A DNA stretch of 46,697 bases, from NCBI GenBank assembly GCA_045403015.1, contig JAXIPI010000220.1:1-46697 (forward strand), written 5' to 3'. Both the position numbers and the translations under genes were made by a program. This DNA is from Gaiellaceae bacterium (GTDB taxonomy: Bacteria; Actinomycetota; Thermoleophilia; Gaiellales; Gaiellaceae). Below the pieces are notes generated by a model. It was not told where the DNA came from, did no database searches, and saw only the letters and a program-made list of their open reading frames with translations. Positions 18,443-28,090 of this stretch are shown piece by piece. Positions within the stretch are counted from its first letter, which is position 1, and every line of letters begins with the position of its first letter.

Positions 18443-21202
18443 TCATCCGTTCGTCGAGAACATCAGGTCGTTGGTGACGGGCTTGTAGCAGTGGTAGAAG
18501 TCGAGGGTCACGGGCTGAATCCAGCGCCAACCCTCGAAGCAGATCTGCGTCGTCTGCCCGTAGATCGTGTTGCTGTTGTCGGTGGCGACCTGGTAGTGGA
18601 GATGTGCCCCACAGGAACGGCCGACGTTGCCGACGGAGGCGATCGGGTCGCCTCGCTGAACCGTCGAGCCCTTCGCAGGGACGACACTGTTCTGGCGCAC
18701 GTGGGCGTAGTAGGAGTAGGTGCCGTCGTCGTGGTCGATCCGGACGTAGTTGGTGGGGCCGTCCGCCTTCTTGTCCTCGGCGTCGCCCTTGACGCCGTTG
18801 CCGTTGTTGTCAGCGCACGGGTTGAAGTTCTTCGAGTTCGACTCGACGAGGTCGCCGACCAGGCCGCCGCGGGTCGCGTAGATCGTCGCCCCGTCGCTCA
18901 TGCTGAAGTCGAAGGCGTAGAGCTGCTTGCCGTTGTGGCTGAACCCCGGGCCGTTCCCCTGCCCCGTCTTCACGACCGTTGCAACCTTCCACGGCAGCCG
19001 GTAGAAGCAGACGACGCTCGGACAATCGGGGATCAGGTCCTTCACGAGTGTCGGTAGCTCTGCGGTGTAGCGGAACGGATGCCCGTTCCGCGTCCCGACG
19101 ATCCGCGGCCAGAGCAGCCCGGCGAAGTGGTCGACGCCGATCGTGTCGAGCATGAACAGAAGCGGCGCGCCGTAGTACGTGTCCGGCCAGAGTGCGAACG
19201 TCTCGTTCAGCTTGACGATGACGCGCGGGCCGGGCGAGCCTCCCGGCTTGTAGCCCTCGCCCTCGAAGGTCGCCTTCGCGGGCTGGATCGTGTAGTGAAG
19301 CGGGTAGATCGCCTCAACCTTGGTGGTCTGGGGCGCGCTGCTCTCGAGCGGGAAGATCGTCTTCTCATACCCCGCACGCCCGTAGACGCCCCGGTCGAGA
19401 ACGCGCGCCTTGAACTTGGTCGTCGAGATGTGCTGGATCGGACAGGGGAAGTTCTTCGTCGCCGCCGTCGTCGTGCGCGCATCGTGGTATGACGACTGGC
19501 TCGACGACGGGGGTGGGCAGTTGCTGCCCTGATACCTCTCGTAGACCCTGATCTGCCACAGCGTCGCACCACCACCGACCGGAATCGGCACGGGCGGGTC
19601 GTTCGAGTCGAGGTCCGCGGCGACGGTGAACGCATCGTCGCTGCTCGACATCACGATCGTCAGGCTGTAGCGACCACTCTTTCCGTTCGCGCACTTCGGC
19701 GACGCCGCAACGCGCATCCCCGCCTCGAGGCGCAGCACGTCGCTGAACGAATAGCCCTTCGGGCTGTGCAGGATCGGATTCGGCTTGCCGAAGTCCTGCA
19801 CCGGCGCAATCAGAAGCCCGACGCACGGCTTGAGCTTGATCGTCCCGAGGCTCTTGTCGAGCGAGACGACAGACTCGGCGAGCCACGGCCCCGACCCGAT
19901 CTTGTGGGTGACGGCCCTCACCCGTCCGCCTTCCCAGATGTCGTCGGCGTCGTAGTCTGCACCCGCGAGGGAGATGAGCTGGCCGGCTCGCAGCTGGAGC
20001 AGCCCGTCGGCATCCTTTGTTTTCCCGACGCGCCCGACGAGGGTGACCTTCTTGCCCAGGTCGTCGCAGATGGCTGTGTACGCCCGCTGGAGCTCCGCCA
20101 CCTTACCCGCGGCCTGTCCGAGAAGCGCCTGTCGGTAGTGGAGGCCGGCGAGCTGCAGATCGGTCTCATCCGCATCGCCATCATCCCCGTCCGCCGGCGG
20201 CTGCTTGGCGAGTTGCTTCTGCATCGCGGCGAGTGGCGCGTTGCCCTTGGCCAGGAGCCGAGCACCCTTACCGATCTTCGCCGAGCCGCCGCAGGGGTCG
20301 CCGTGGGAGATGTCGATCGCGCCCTGCTCGATCAGGTCCATGACGGCGCTCAGGTCGCGGCCGGTGACCTTCAGCCCCTTGACGCCCAGCGTTAGCTCGC
20401 GCGCGGCGTGCAGAGCGTCGCCCGCATCCGCAACCAAGCCGTCTGCGCCGTTGAGGAGATCGACGGCTGTGCACCCCGCGAGGAGTGGCTTGAGGCCGCG
20501 AGGCGAGAACGGACAAGCGTCCTTCGCGCTGCTCAGACCGTCACCCTCGCGGTCACCGCGGTACAGATGTGGTTGCGGGCCTGACGCGGTGAAGGCGGCC
20601 AGGACCAGTGTCGTCTCCGAGACAGCCGGAGCGCAGACGCCCCCGCCGTCACAGGCGCCACGCCAGCCGGCAAACCGCGATCCCGGCGCTGGCTTCTGGC
20701 TCAGGGTCACCTTGGTCCCGGCCGGGAACGACTGCTCGCAGTCGCCGGGGCAATCGATCCCTGCAGGCTCGCTGGAGACGGTGCCGCCACCATCGACGGT
20801 AACCAGCAGGCTCCCCGTCCTGGGTGGCGGCGGAGGAGGCGGCCCGCCGGGCAGGTCGATCGTCCAGCGATGCGTGTCCCGCGCCGTATAGGTCTTTCCG
20901 GCGCGATCGGTGTTCATCGCCGTGACGAGGAAGACGTGCAGACCCTCGCTCAGGCCCGAGTACGTCTTCGGCGAGCTACAGGCCGTAGCTCGTGCTCCGT
21001 CCAGCGAGCAGGTGAACTGGGCCGTCTCGTTCGCGACCCAGCCGAACGTCGCGTCGGCGGAAGCCGACACGCTCGGTGGCCCGCTCGTGATCCTCACCGT
21101 CAGAGCAGGGCTCGCAAGCGCCCCCGTCGCACGTGTTGTCCCACCGACTGCCGACAGCACAACCGCCGCCGCAACGAACCTCAACCCCATCCCCCGTGTC
21201 AT
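18443..21202 (-). CDS. Large secreted multidomain protein with C-terminal M23 (LytM-type) metallopeptidase domain
   Basis: Start ATG 21202 (MTRGMGLRFVAAAVVLSAVGG signal) with GAGGGGGG upstream. Poly-Pro linker. GGGTVSSEPAGIDCPGDCEQSFPAGTKVTL...FAGWRGAC module. M23 motifs YAFDFSMSDG, YVRIDHDDGTYSYYAH, GAHLHYQV. Confidence 0.85.
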   Translation of the reverse strand: MTRGMGLRFVAAAVVLSAVGGTTRATGALASPALTVRITSGPPSVSASADATFGWVANETAQFTCSLDGARATACSSPKTYSGLSEGLHVFLVTAMNTDRAGKTYTARDTHRWTIDLPGGPPPPPPPRTGSLLVTVDGGGTVSSEPAGIDCPGDCEQSFPAGTKVTLSQKPAPGSRFAGWRGACDGGGVCAPAVSETTLVLAAFTASGPQPHLYRGDREGDGLSSAKDACPFSPRGLKPLLAGCTAVDLLNGADGLVADAGDALHAARELTLGVKGLKVTGRDLSAVMDLIEQGAIDISHGDPCGGSAKIGKGARLLAKGNAPLAAMQKQLAKQPPADGDDGDADETDLQLAGLHYRQALLGQAAGKVAELQRAYTAICDDLGKKVTLVGRVGKTKDADGLLQLRAGQLISLAGADYDADDIWEGGRVRAVTHKIGSGPWLAESVVSLDKSLGTIKLKPCVGLLIAPVQDFGKPNPILHSPKGYSFSDVLRLEAGMRVAASPKCANGKSGRYSLTIVMSSSDDAFTVAADLDSNDPPVPIPVGGGATLWQIRVYERYQGSNCPPPSSSQSSYHDARTTTAATKNFPCPIQHISTTKFKARVLDRGVYGRAGYEKTIFPLESSAPQTTKVEAIYPLHYTIQPAKATFEGEGYKPGGSPGPRVIVKLNETFALWPDTYYGAPLLFMLDTIGVDHFAGLLWPRIVGTRNGHPFRYTAELPTLVKDLIPDCPSVVCFYRLPWKVATVVKTGQGNGPGFSHNGKQLYAFDFSMSDGATIYATRGGLVGDLVESNSKNFNPCADNNGNGVKGDAEDKKADGPTNYVRIDHDDGTYSYYAHVRQNSVVPAKGSTVQRGDPIASVGNVGRSCGAHLHYQVATDNSNTIYGQTTQICFEGWRWIQPVTLDFYHCYKPVTNDLMFSTNG

Positions 21203-21420
21203 CTGATGCCCCCCCTCGCTGATCGTTCGTCTTCTGGCGCCCCGGCCAGGGCTGACCGAGAGCCGAGAAGGAGATCGAGCGAGGCAAGCAGCTGCTCCCC
21301 ACTCGAGAAGCTCGCGACACCGCCGTTTCGAGCGTGCTGGACAAAGCCGCAAAGGACGTCCGGCGCCCGTCCGGCGTCCGAGTCGCCGGGGATCCAGATG
21401 CGAACGACGAACGTCTCCAT
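21199..21420 (-). CDS. Small conserved-looking hypothetical protein (METFVVRIW...), translationally coupled to the M23 gene
   Basis: Its TGA overlaps the M23 ATG (ATGA at 21202..21199). The FVVRIW...GFVQH...SF.S.EQLL..L pattern resembles small actinobacterial hypothetical proteins I recall. Confidence 0.5.
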   Translation of the reverse strand: METFVVRIWIPGDSDAGRAPDVLCGFVQHARNGGVASFSSGEQLLASLDLLLGSRSALAGAPEDERSARGGIR

Positions 21421-21600
21421 ATCCGGCAGTGTCCGCACAGTGGTTTGAGCAGCCTTAAACAGCCCGTGGAAGAGCGGACGCCGCAGGCCACGTCTTCCGA
21501 ACTACAACATCTCGCCGTTCGCCTAAAGCACTCATTTCGGCGCCGGACCGGACGATAGACCTCGATACACGTTGTCGATCGACCAATCGAAGGGATAGGC

Positions 21601-23094
21601 ATGGCCGGTTATGCGTTGACTGAGACGCCGCTCGGGCAGACGCTCGACCGGGAAGCCACGGGACTCGATCCCAAGGATGAGCGGCGCCGCGCGACGCTTG
21701 GATCCGGCTCGGGGGGCCGGATCGTGCTGGCGATTGCCGTGATGATCGCGCTCCTCGCCGCAGCCGTTGCGATGTCGATCTGGCGCTACGAGGTGGCGCT
21801 GAACGACGCTGCATCGGACGCCGTCGCACACTCGGATCAATTTGCGGAGCAGCAGGCGACAACGCATTTCTGGCGCGAGCGCGAGGCCGCAAACGAGTAC
21901 TTCCTCGGCGTCACGGAGGCCGAGGGCGAAATCTACGAGGAGGCGAAGGCATTCGATGCGGTGACTGAAGGGCTTGGCACCGACGATCCGGCCGAGCGGG
22001 AACTGGTCGCGGAGTCGAGAGCTGCGAACGCCGCCTTTGTTGCCGCCTTCAAACAACACCGCGACGCCTTTGGGGCAGGTCAAGCTGCCAAGCTGGCCGC
22101 GCTCGACGCGCTGAGCGCGGGTGAGGAAGCCGTGCTGTCACCGCTCGCGAAGCTCGACGAGATCTCCGCAGAGGAGGCAGCCGAACGACAGGCCGCGGCG
22201 GACTCGGCGGCCGGCCAGGCCCTCGTGGTGAGCATCATTGCCGGGCTCCTCGCCGTGTTGGGTGGCATCGCGTTCGCCGTCTTCGCAATGCGACTCGTCG
22301 GACGGATCGGCCGGCGCGAGAAGAACCTGGAAGACCTCGTCGGCCACGTGCGCTCGACGTTGGGCATCCTCGGCGGCGTTTCCACCGAGCTGCGGACGGC
22401 GGCGCACGAGTCAGCAGCCGCGACGACCGAACAGAGCGCAGCAGTCGCGCAGACCTCGGCGACGATCGAAGAGTTGGCCGCAACCGCAACTGCAATCGCG
22501 GACAACACCCGCGCGGTCTCGGCCGCGGCGGCGCAGACCGGCGACACGATGCGCGACATGCAGGAAAAGGTCGAGACGATTGCCGAGCGGTCGCTGTCCC
22601 TGGGCGAGAGCTCGCAGAAGATCGGCGAGATCCTCGAGCTGATCAATCAGATCGCAGAGCAGACGAACCTGCTCGCCCTGAACGCAGCGATCGAGGCCGC
22701 CCGCGCAGGCGAAGCGGGCAAGGGCTTCGCGGTCGTCGCCTCGGAGGTGCGAAAACTGGCCGAGCGCTCGATGAACTCGACTGAGTCGATCCGCGAGATC
22801 ATCAGCGGAGTCCAAGACCAGACGAATGCGACGATCCTCGCCACCGAGCAGGGAACCAGGCAGGCGCGTGAGGTCGGCGAGCTGATGAGCTCGACGTCCA
22901 CGATGCTCGAAGAGTCGATCTTCGCCACGCAGCAGCAGAAGTCGGCGGCCGACCAGGTCTCGACGGCAATGGTGCAGATCCGCGAGGCGTCCAACCAGCT
23001 CGCCACCGAGCAGGAACAGCGCCTTGCAACCGCCGAAAGCGTCGACGACCTCGTCATGCAGCTCGAACACGCCCTCACCGGCGAAGAAGCATGA
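21601..23094 (+). CDS. Methyl-accepting chemotaxis protein, two TM segments, short cytoplasmic signalling domain
   Basis: Highly conserved hairpin tip [34 protein letters not shown]. Confidence 0.9.
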   Translation: MAGYALTETPLGQTLDREATGLDPKDERRRATLGSGSGGRIVLAIAVMIALLAAAVAMSIWRYEVALNDAASDAVAHSDQFAEQQATTHFWREREAANEYFLGVTEAEGEIYEEAKAFDAVTEGLGTDDPAERELVAESRAANAAFVAAFKQHRDAFGAGQAAKLAALDALSAGEEAVLSPLAKLDEISAEEAAERQAAADSAAGQALVVSIIAGLLAVLGGIAFAVFAMRLVGRIGRREKNLEDLVGHVRSTLGILGGVSTELRTAAHESAAATTEQSAAVAQTSATIEELAATATAIADNTRAVSAAAAQTGDTMRDMQEKVETIAERSLSLGESSQKIGEILELINQIAEQTNLLALNAAIEAARAGEAGKGFAVVASEVRKLAERSMNSTESIREIISGVQDQTNATILATEQGTRQAREVGELMSSTSTMLEESIFATQQQKSAADQVSTAMVQIREASNQLATEQEQRLATAESVDDLVMQLEHALTGEEA

Positions 23095-23495
23095 GCGCGG
23101 TTCACGTGCGAGTGCGCCTCGGCGGGGAGTCGTACGCGGTGGCAGTCGAGAACGTGATCGAGGTCGCCGAGCTCGGCTCGCTGTCTCCGGTGCCGGGGGC
23201 CGACAGTGCAGTCCTGGGCATCCGAAACATTCGCGGCGAGGTTCTACCCGTCTTCGATCTCGCGTCCGTCCTTGGGATCAGGGGGGACAGCCTCCGGCAG
23301 TGCCTGCTCGTCACCGAGCACGGCAGCCTTCGCGCCGGCTTCGCGATCGACGAGGTCACGGACGTCGGCGAGCTCCCTCTGATCAGCGAAGAGACTCACT
23401 CGAAGCTCCTCACGGGCGCCGCTCTGGACGAGTCCGGACTGATCGGTGTCGTCGATGTCGAGCTCCTCTTCTCCGAGCTCGCGGCGGCCGCATGA
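23091..23495 (+). CDS. cheW: CheW coupling protein
   Basis: ATGA overlap with the MCP gene. [48 protein letters not shown]. Confidence 0.9.
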   Translation: MSAVHVRVRLGGESYAVAVENVIEVAELGSLSPVPGADSAVLGIRNIRGEVLPVFDLASVLGIRGDSLRQCLLVTEHGSLRAGFAIDEVTDVGELPLISEETHSKLLTGAALDESGLIGVVDVELLFSELAAAA

Positions 23496-25465
23496 CCGTC
23501 GTCGAGCCGGACGCCGAAGCCGAGTTCCTCGAGCTCTTTCGCGACGAGGCTAACGAGCGTCTCGACAGCCTGGTCGACACCCTCCTTGCGCTCGAGAGCG
23601 GCATCGCGGACCCGGATGCCATCAATTCGGTGTTTCGTGACGCTCACACGATCAAGGGTGGCGCCGCGATGGTCGGACTCGAGTCCGTCCGAGATCTTGC
23701 ACACGCGATGGAGGACGTGCTCGCGCACGCACGCACCGCAGGAGAGTTCCCGCCACAACTCGCCGAGCCGCTGCTGCGCGGTGCGGACGCCCTGCGCAGA
23801 CACCTCGCGGGCGACGACGAGCCCACGCCCGGTCTGCTCGACGAGCTCGCCGCAGCGCTAGCGAGCGCGTTCGCCACCATGCCCGGCGAACCAGCCGCAG
23901 TCGCTGCACCGACGGCCAGCGCACCCGCTGCCGACCGGCGCGCGATTCGCGTGCCGCCGGCGAAGATCGACCGTCTGCTCGACCTCGTCGCCGAAACCGT
24001 GCTTCACGGCCGTCGGCTCGAACACGTCATCGGCGAGGACCGCAGCGGCGACGACCAGACAGTGTCCGACGAGCTCGACCTGGGCGGCCGCCTGTTCGGC
24101 GAGCTGAAGGACGCCGCGATCCAGATGCGCATGGTGCCGCTCGCGACGATCACGGCGCCGCTTCCCCGCGCCGTCCGCGACATCGCGACTGCCGAGGGCA
24201 AGGACGTCCAGCTCGTGATCACCGGCGACGACACTGAGCTCGACCGAATCATTCTCGAAAGCCTCTCCGAGCCTCTCGTCCACATGGTCCGTAACGCGGT
24301 GGGCCACGGAATCGAGACTCCGAGCGAAAGAGAGGCGGCAGGAAAGCCGCCTCGCGCCACCGTCGAGCTCTGCGCCCAGCAGCGCGGAGGCACGGTCGAG
24401 ATCATCGTCTCCGACGACGGGCGCGGCGTCTCGCCCGCACTCATCGAGGAGGCCCGGCAGCACGGCTCGCTCGCCGACGTCCTCGCCCGACCTGGGTTCT
24501 CGACAGCCACCGAGGTGACGGAGCTCTCCGGTCGCGGCGTCGGGCTCGACGCCGTCAAGCGGTATGTCGAGGGATTCGGCGGCACGCTCGAGGTGCGAAG
24601 CGAGGCAGGCAACGGGACGGCGATCACCCTCGTGCTTCCGCTCGCGCTCGCGCTGCTCGAGGTGCTTCTCGTCGAGCGCGGAGCTAGCGTCTTCGGCCTG
24701 CCGCTCGCAAGCGTCGAGGAGGCAATCACCGCCGAGAACGTCCTTACGCTCGAAGGCAGATCAGCTCTGGAGATCCGGGGCAGGTCGGTCCAGCTCGCCG
24801 ACCTCGCCGATCTGATCGGCGCGTCGGCACCGCCACTCCGCGCCGGCTCTCCGGCGATCGTGGTCACCGCCGGCGGCCGGCGAATCGCGGCCACGTGCGA
24901 TCGCCTGCTCGGCCAGGACGAGGTCGTCGTCAAGCCGCTCGGTGCGCTCCTTGCTTCAGCGCCAGGCTATCTCGGGGCTGCGATTCTCGGCGACGGCCGC
25001 GTCGCGCTCTTGCTCGACCCCACGTCACTCTCTCGCGCGGGCGAGAGCAAGCCCCGGCTCGCACCCGCACCCGTGGCGCGCGAGAAGCCGCTCGCGCCGA
25101 AGGTTCTCGTCGTCGAGGACTCCTTCACCGTGCGCGAGCTCCAGCGCAGCATCCTCCAGGCCGCGGGCTATCGCGTCGAGATCGCCTGCGACGGCAGCGA
25201 CGGCCTCGACCGCGTTTCGGCCGACCCTGAGATCGATCTGGTGATCACCGACCTGGAGATGCCGAAGATGAACGGACTCGACCTGACGCGTGCGATCCGT
25301 GCACGTGCCGAGAGCGTGTCGCTTCCGGTCGTGATCGTGACGTCGCTCGGGAGCGACGACGACCGCCAAGCCGGCCTCGAGGCCGGTGCGAACGCCTACA
25401 TGGTCAAGCAATCGTTCGACCAGCACGTGCTGCTCGACACGGTCGAGCGGCTCGTCGGCACGTGA
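23492..25465 (+). CDS. cheA: CheA histidine kinase with C-terminal receiver domain (CheA-REC hybrid, FrzE-like architecture)
   Basis: ATGA overlap with cheW. Hpt FRDAHTIKGGAAMVG. HATPase GRGVGLDAVKRYVEGFGG. CheW-like P5. REC KVLVVEDSFTVRE...DLVITDLEMPKMNG. Track ORF 23024 is over-extended. Confidence 0.9.
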   Translation: MTVVEPDAEAEFLELFRDEANERLDSLVDTLLALESGIADPDAINSVFRDAHTIKGGAAMVGLESVRDLAHAMEDVLAHARTAGEFPPQLAEPLLRGADALRRHLAGDDEPTPGLLDELAAALASAFATMPGEPAAVAAPTASAPAADRRAIRVPPAKIDRLLDLVAETVLHGRRLEHVIGEDRSGDDQTVSDELDLGGRLFGELKDAAIQMRMVPLATITAPLPRAVRDIATAEGKDVQLVITGDDTELDRIILESLSEPLVHMVRNAVGHGIETPSEREAAGKPPRATVELCAQQRGGTVEIIVSDDGRGVSPALIEEARQHGSLADVLARPGFSTATEVTELSGRGVGLDAVKRYVEGFGGTLEVRSEAGNGTAITLVLPLALALLEVLLVERGASVFGLPLASVEEAITAENVLTLEGRSALEIRGRSVQLADLADLIGASAPPLRAGSPAIVVTAGGRRIAATCDRLLGQDEVVVKPLGALLASAPGYLGAAILGDGRVALLLDPTSLSRAGESKPRLAPAPVAREKPLAPKVLVVEDSFTVRELQRSILQAAGYRVEIACDGSDGLDRVSADPEIDLVITDLEMPKMNGLDLTRAIRARAESVSLPVVIVTSLGSDDDRQAGLEAGANAYMVKQSFDQHVLLDTVERLVGT

Positions 25466-26505
25466 TGGGGGCGCCGACCCGAGTTCTGGTCTGCGACGAC
25501 TCGAGGACCTTCGCGACGGCGCTCGTCCGCACGCTCGAGCGTGGCGGCGAGATCGAAGTGGTCAGCGTCGCACGGACCGCCGAGGCGGCTATTGCCGACC
25601 TGGCTCGGCTCGACCCGGACCTCGTGACGATGGACATCGAGCTGCCGGGGATGTCGGGCCTCGAGGCAATCGAGGAGATCATGAGCGCCCGGCCCACGCC
25701 GATTCTCATTCTGTCGTCGTACGTCAGCACCCACAGCAACGTCGCTGCAGCGGCACTCGCGTCCGGAGCCCTCGAAGCGATCGGCAAGGAGGGGATTCCA
25801 CTCGGCGATCCCGACAACGCCGCCGCGGTCGCCTTTCGCCGCCGCGTCAAGCTGCTGGGAGGCGCGCACGTCATCCGTCATCCCCGAGCTCGTCTCAACG
25901 GCCGGAGCGCTGCCGCGATTCCTGTTGCGCCTCGGGGGTCCGTGATCGGGATCTGCGCCTCTACCGGCGGACCGCACGCTCTCGCCACCCTCCTGTCCGG
26001 AATCCCCGCCGGCTTCCCGATTCCCATCCTCGTCGTCCAGCACATCGCGACGGGCTTCTCGGCAGGGCTGGCGCGCTGGCTCAACGCGACCGTCCCGTTG
26101 GCGGTGCGGCTTGCCGAGGACGGAACGCGCGCACTCCCCGGCGTGACCCTGGCACCGGACGGAGCCGACCTCATCCTCGAGCCGGATGGCACTCTCAGAC
26201 TCGATCGAACTACGCCGGCCGCGCTCCACCGGCCGTCTGCCGACGCCTTGCTCCGAAGCATCGCGCAGTGCGCGCAGAGCCTGGGCGTCGCGGTCGTCCT
26301 GACCGGGATGGGCCGCGACGGCGCCGACGGGCTCGGCGCGGTCCGTGAGGCGGGCGGGCTGACGATCGCCCAGGACGAGGAGACCTCGGCCGTTTTTGGC
26401 ATGCCGTATGAAGCAGCAAAGCGCGGCGCGGCGCTGATCCTGCCGCTGGGACGGATCGCAGAGACCCTGACCACGATCGCACTGGAGCCACAGAAGTCCC
26501 GATGA
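25462..26505 (+). CDS. cheB: CheB protein-glutamate methylesterase (REC + esterase)
   Basis: GTGA overlap. REC TRVLVCDDS...DLVTMDIELPGMSG. Esterase ICASTGGPHAL, VVQHI, LTGMGRDGADGL. Confidence 0.9.
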   Translation: MMGAPTRVLVCDDSRTFATALVRTLERGGEIEVVSVARTAEAAIADLARLDPDLVTMDIELPGMSGLEAIEEIMSARPTPILILSSYVSTHSNVAAAALASGALEAIGKEGIPLGDPDNAAAVAFRRRVKLLGGAHVIRHPRARLNGRSAAAIPVAPRGSVIGICASTGGPHALATLLSGIPAGFPIPILVVQHIATGFSAGLARWLNATVPLAVRLAEDGTRALPGVTLAPDGADLILEPDGTLRLDRTTPAALHRPSADALLRSIAQCAQSLGVAVVLTGMGRDGADGLGAVREAGGLTIAQDEETSAVFGMPYEAAKRGAALILPLGRIAETLTTIALEPQKSR

Positions 26506-27665
26506 GCGAGGCTCTCAACCTCGTCGCCGACCTCGTTCTCCGCGAGAGCGGCATCCGCGTGCAGCCGGCTCAGCACGCGGCGCTCCGCTCGGCCATCGTG
26601 CGTGCGCTGCCGAACGGCAACGCAGCCGCCTTCCTGGACCTTGCTGCCAATCCCGTCGTCGGCCCCCGAGCGATCGCAACGCTGATCGACGAAGTGACGG
26701 TCAAGGAGACGTTCTTCTACCGCGACCGCCAGCAGCTCGACACGATCCCGTGGCGCACGCTGCTCGAGCGCGCACAGGCAGCGGGCTCGCAAGAAGTCAG
26801 GGTCTGGTGCGCAGCCTGTGCGACCGGCGAGGAGGCGTACACGCTCGCGCTCCTCGCGTGCGAGGCGTTCGCTCCGGCACTGCCGCCCGTACGGATCCTG
26901 GCCACGGACATCTCGAGCGCGGCACTCGACGCCTCACGCTCGGGCCGGTATCGCGAACGCTCGCTGCGCACGGTCGCACCGAGCTTGCGCGACCAGTATT
27001 TCGAACAGGATGGAGAACAGCTCGTCGTCGGCGACCGGCTCCGCCGCATCGTCGCGTTCGCTCAGCACAACCTCGTCACGGGGAGCATGCCGCCGCTCGG
27101 CGAGACGGCGTTCGATCTGATCATCTGCCGGAACGTGCTCATCTACTTCGACGGCGAGACTGCCGATCGCGTCATCGACGGGCTCCGGAGCGCGTTGCGG
27201 CCAGACGGCACGCTGATCCTGGGGTCGGCGGACGTGCTCTGTGGAACCGCCCGGCGGCGCGTCAAGCTCGAGTCGATCCCGGCCCGGCGGTCCGCGCCGA
27301 GAGCTCCGATTGCTCTCCGCAAGCCCCTCGGGGTCGCGCCCGCAGCCGAGAGCTCCGTCCCGCACGACGCCTCCGACGTCGAGGCGCGGTTTCTGCAGGG
27401 GATTGCCGAGCTCGAGAGCGGTGAGGCGCTCGCGGCAGCCGAGTCGTTGCGGCACGTCCTTTACCTCGACCCCACGTTTGGTCTCGCCGCGTTCGCGCTC
27501 GGCCGCGCTCACGAGGCAACAGGCGATGCCACTGCTGCGCGCCGCGCCTACAAGCAGGCCCTGCGCACGATCGACATGACCGACGACCGGCACGACCACC
27601 TGCTCGAGCAGGTCGACCTCGTCGACATCGCAACAGCATGCCGGGCCAGGCTGGCAACTCTCTGA
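26502..27665 (+). CDS. cheR: CheR chemotaxis methyltransferase with C-terminal TPR-like extension
   Basis: ATGA overlap. VRVWCAACATGEEAYTLA and FDLIICRNVLIYF. The helical C-terminus (LYLDPTFGLAAFALGRAHEATGDATAARRAYKQAL) looks TPR-like. Confidence 0.9.
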   Translation: MSEALNLVADLVLRESGIRVQPAQHAALRSAIVRALPNGNAAAFLDLAANPVVGPRAIATLIDEVTVKETFFYRDRQQLDTIPWRTLLERAQAAGSQEVRVWCAACATGEEAYTLALLACEAFAPALPPVRILATDISSAALDASRSGRYRERSLRTVAPSLRDQYFEQDGEQLVVGDRLRRIVAFAQHNLVTGSMPPLGETAFDLIICRNVLIYFDGETADRVIDGLRSALRPDGTLILGSADVLCGTARRRVKLESIPARRSAPRAPIALRKPLGVAPAAESSVPHDASDVEARFLQGIAELESGEALAAAESLRHVLYLDPTFGLAAFALGRAHEATGDATAARRAYKQALRTIDMTDDRHDHLLEQVDLVDIATACRARLATL

Positions 27666-27696
27666 TGAGCGCCCCGACCGGCTATTCTCGAACGCC

Positions 27697-28086
27697 GTGA
27701 GCTCCGCCTTCCCAAAGTCGGACACGATCGTCGTCGCGGACGACTCGATGACCATCCTGGCGATGACCTCGTCGCGCCTGGAGCGCGCCGGCTACGACGT
27801 CGTTACCGCGACGCGCGGAGACGACGCGCTGCGGCTCGTGCAGGAGAACCGACCTCGGCTCGTTCTGCTCGATGTCGAGATGCCCGGGTTGGATGGTGTC
27901 GAGGTGACGCGGCAGATCCGCGCGGACGAAGCGCTCGCGGGAACGTTCATCGTGCTCTTGACCAGCCTCTCGGAGGAAAGCGACATCGAGACCGGAATCG
28001 CGGCGGGTGCCAACGCCTATCTCACCAAGCCGTTCAGCCCGCAGGAGCTGCAGACTCAGGTCGAAACGCTGATCGGTTCGCCCTAA
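27697..28086 (+). CDS. Single-domain CheY-like response regulator
   Basis: IVVADDSMTI...LVLLDVEMPGLDG...VLLTS...AYLTKPF; canonical receiver residues all present. Confidence 0.85.
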   Translation: MSSAFPKSDTIVVADDSMTILAMTSSRLERAGYDVVTATRGDDALRLVQENRPRLVLLDVEMPGLDGVEVTRQIRADEALAGTFIVLLTSLSEESDIETGIAAGANAYLTKPFSPQELQTQVETLIGSP

Positions 28087-28090
28087 CTAG

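Noticed and set aside
18380-18445. Selenocysteine decoding of the in-frame TGA
   Set aside because: I could not find a convincing SECIS-like hairpin within about 40 nt downstream of the TGA; only a 3-bp CCU/AGG pairing is available. An exported M23 peptidase is also an implausible selenoprotein. It remains a remote alternative under the readthrough finding.
18172-19057. Track ORFs 18172..18414 (-) and 18302..19057 (+)
   Set aside because: Both give Arg-rich or Val/Gly low-complexity products. Both overlap either the M23 gene or the better-supported in-frame 78-codon extension.
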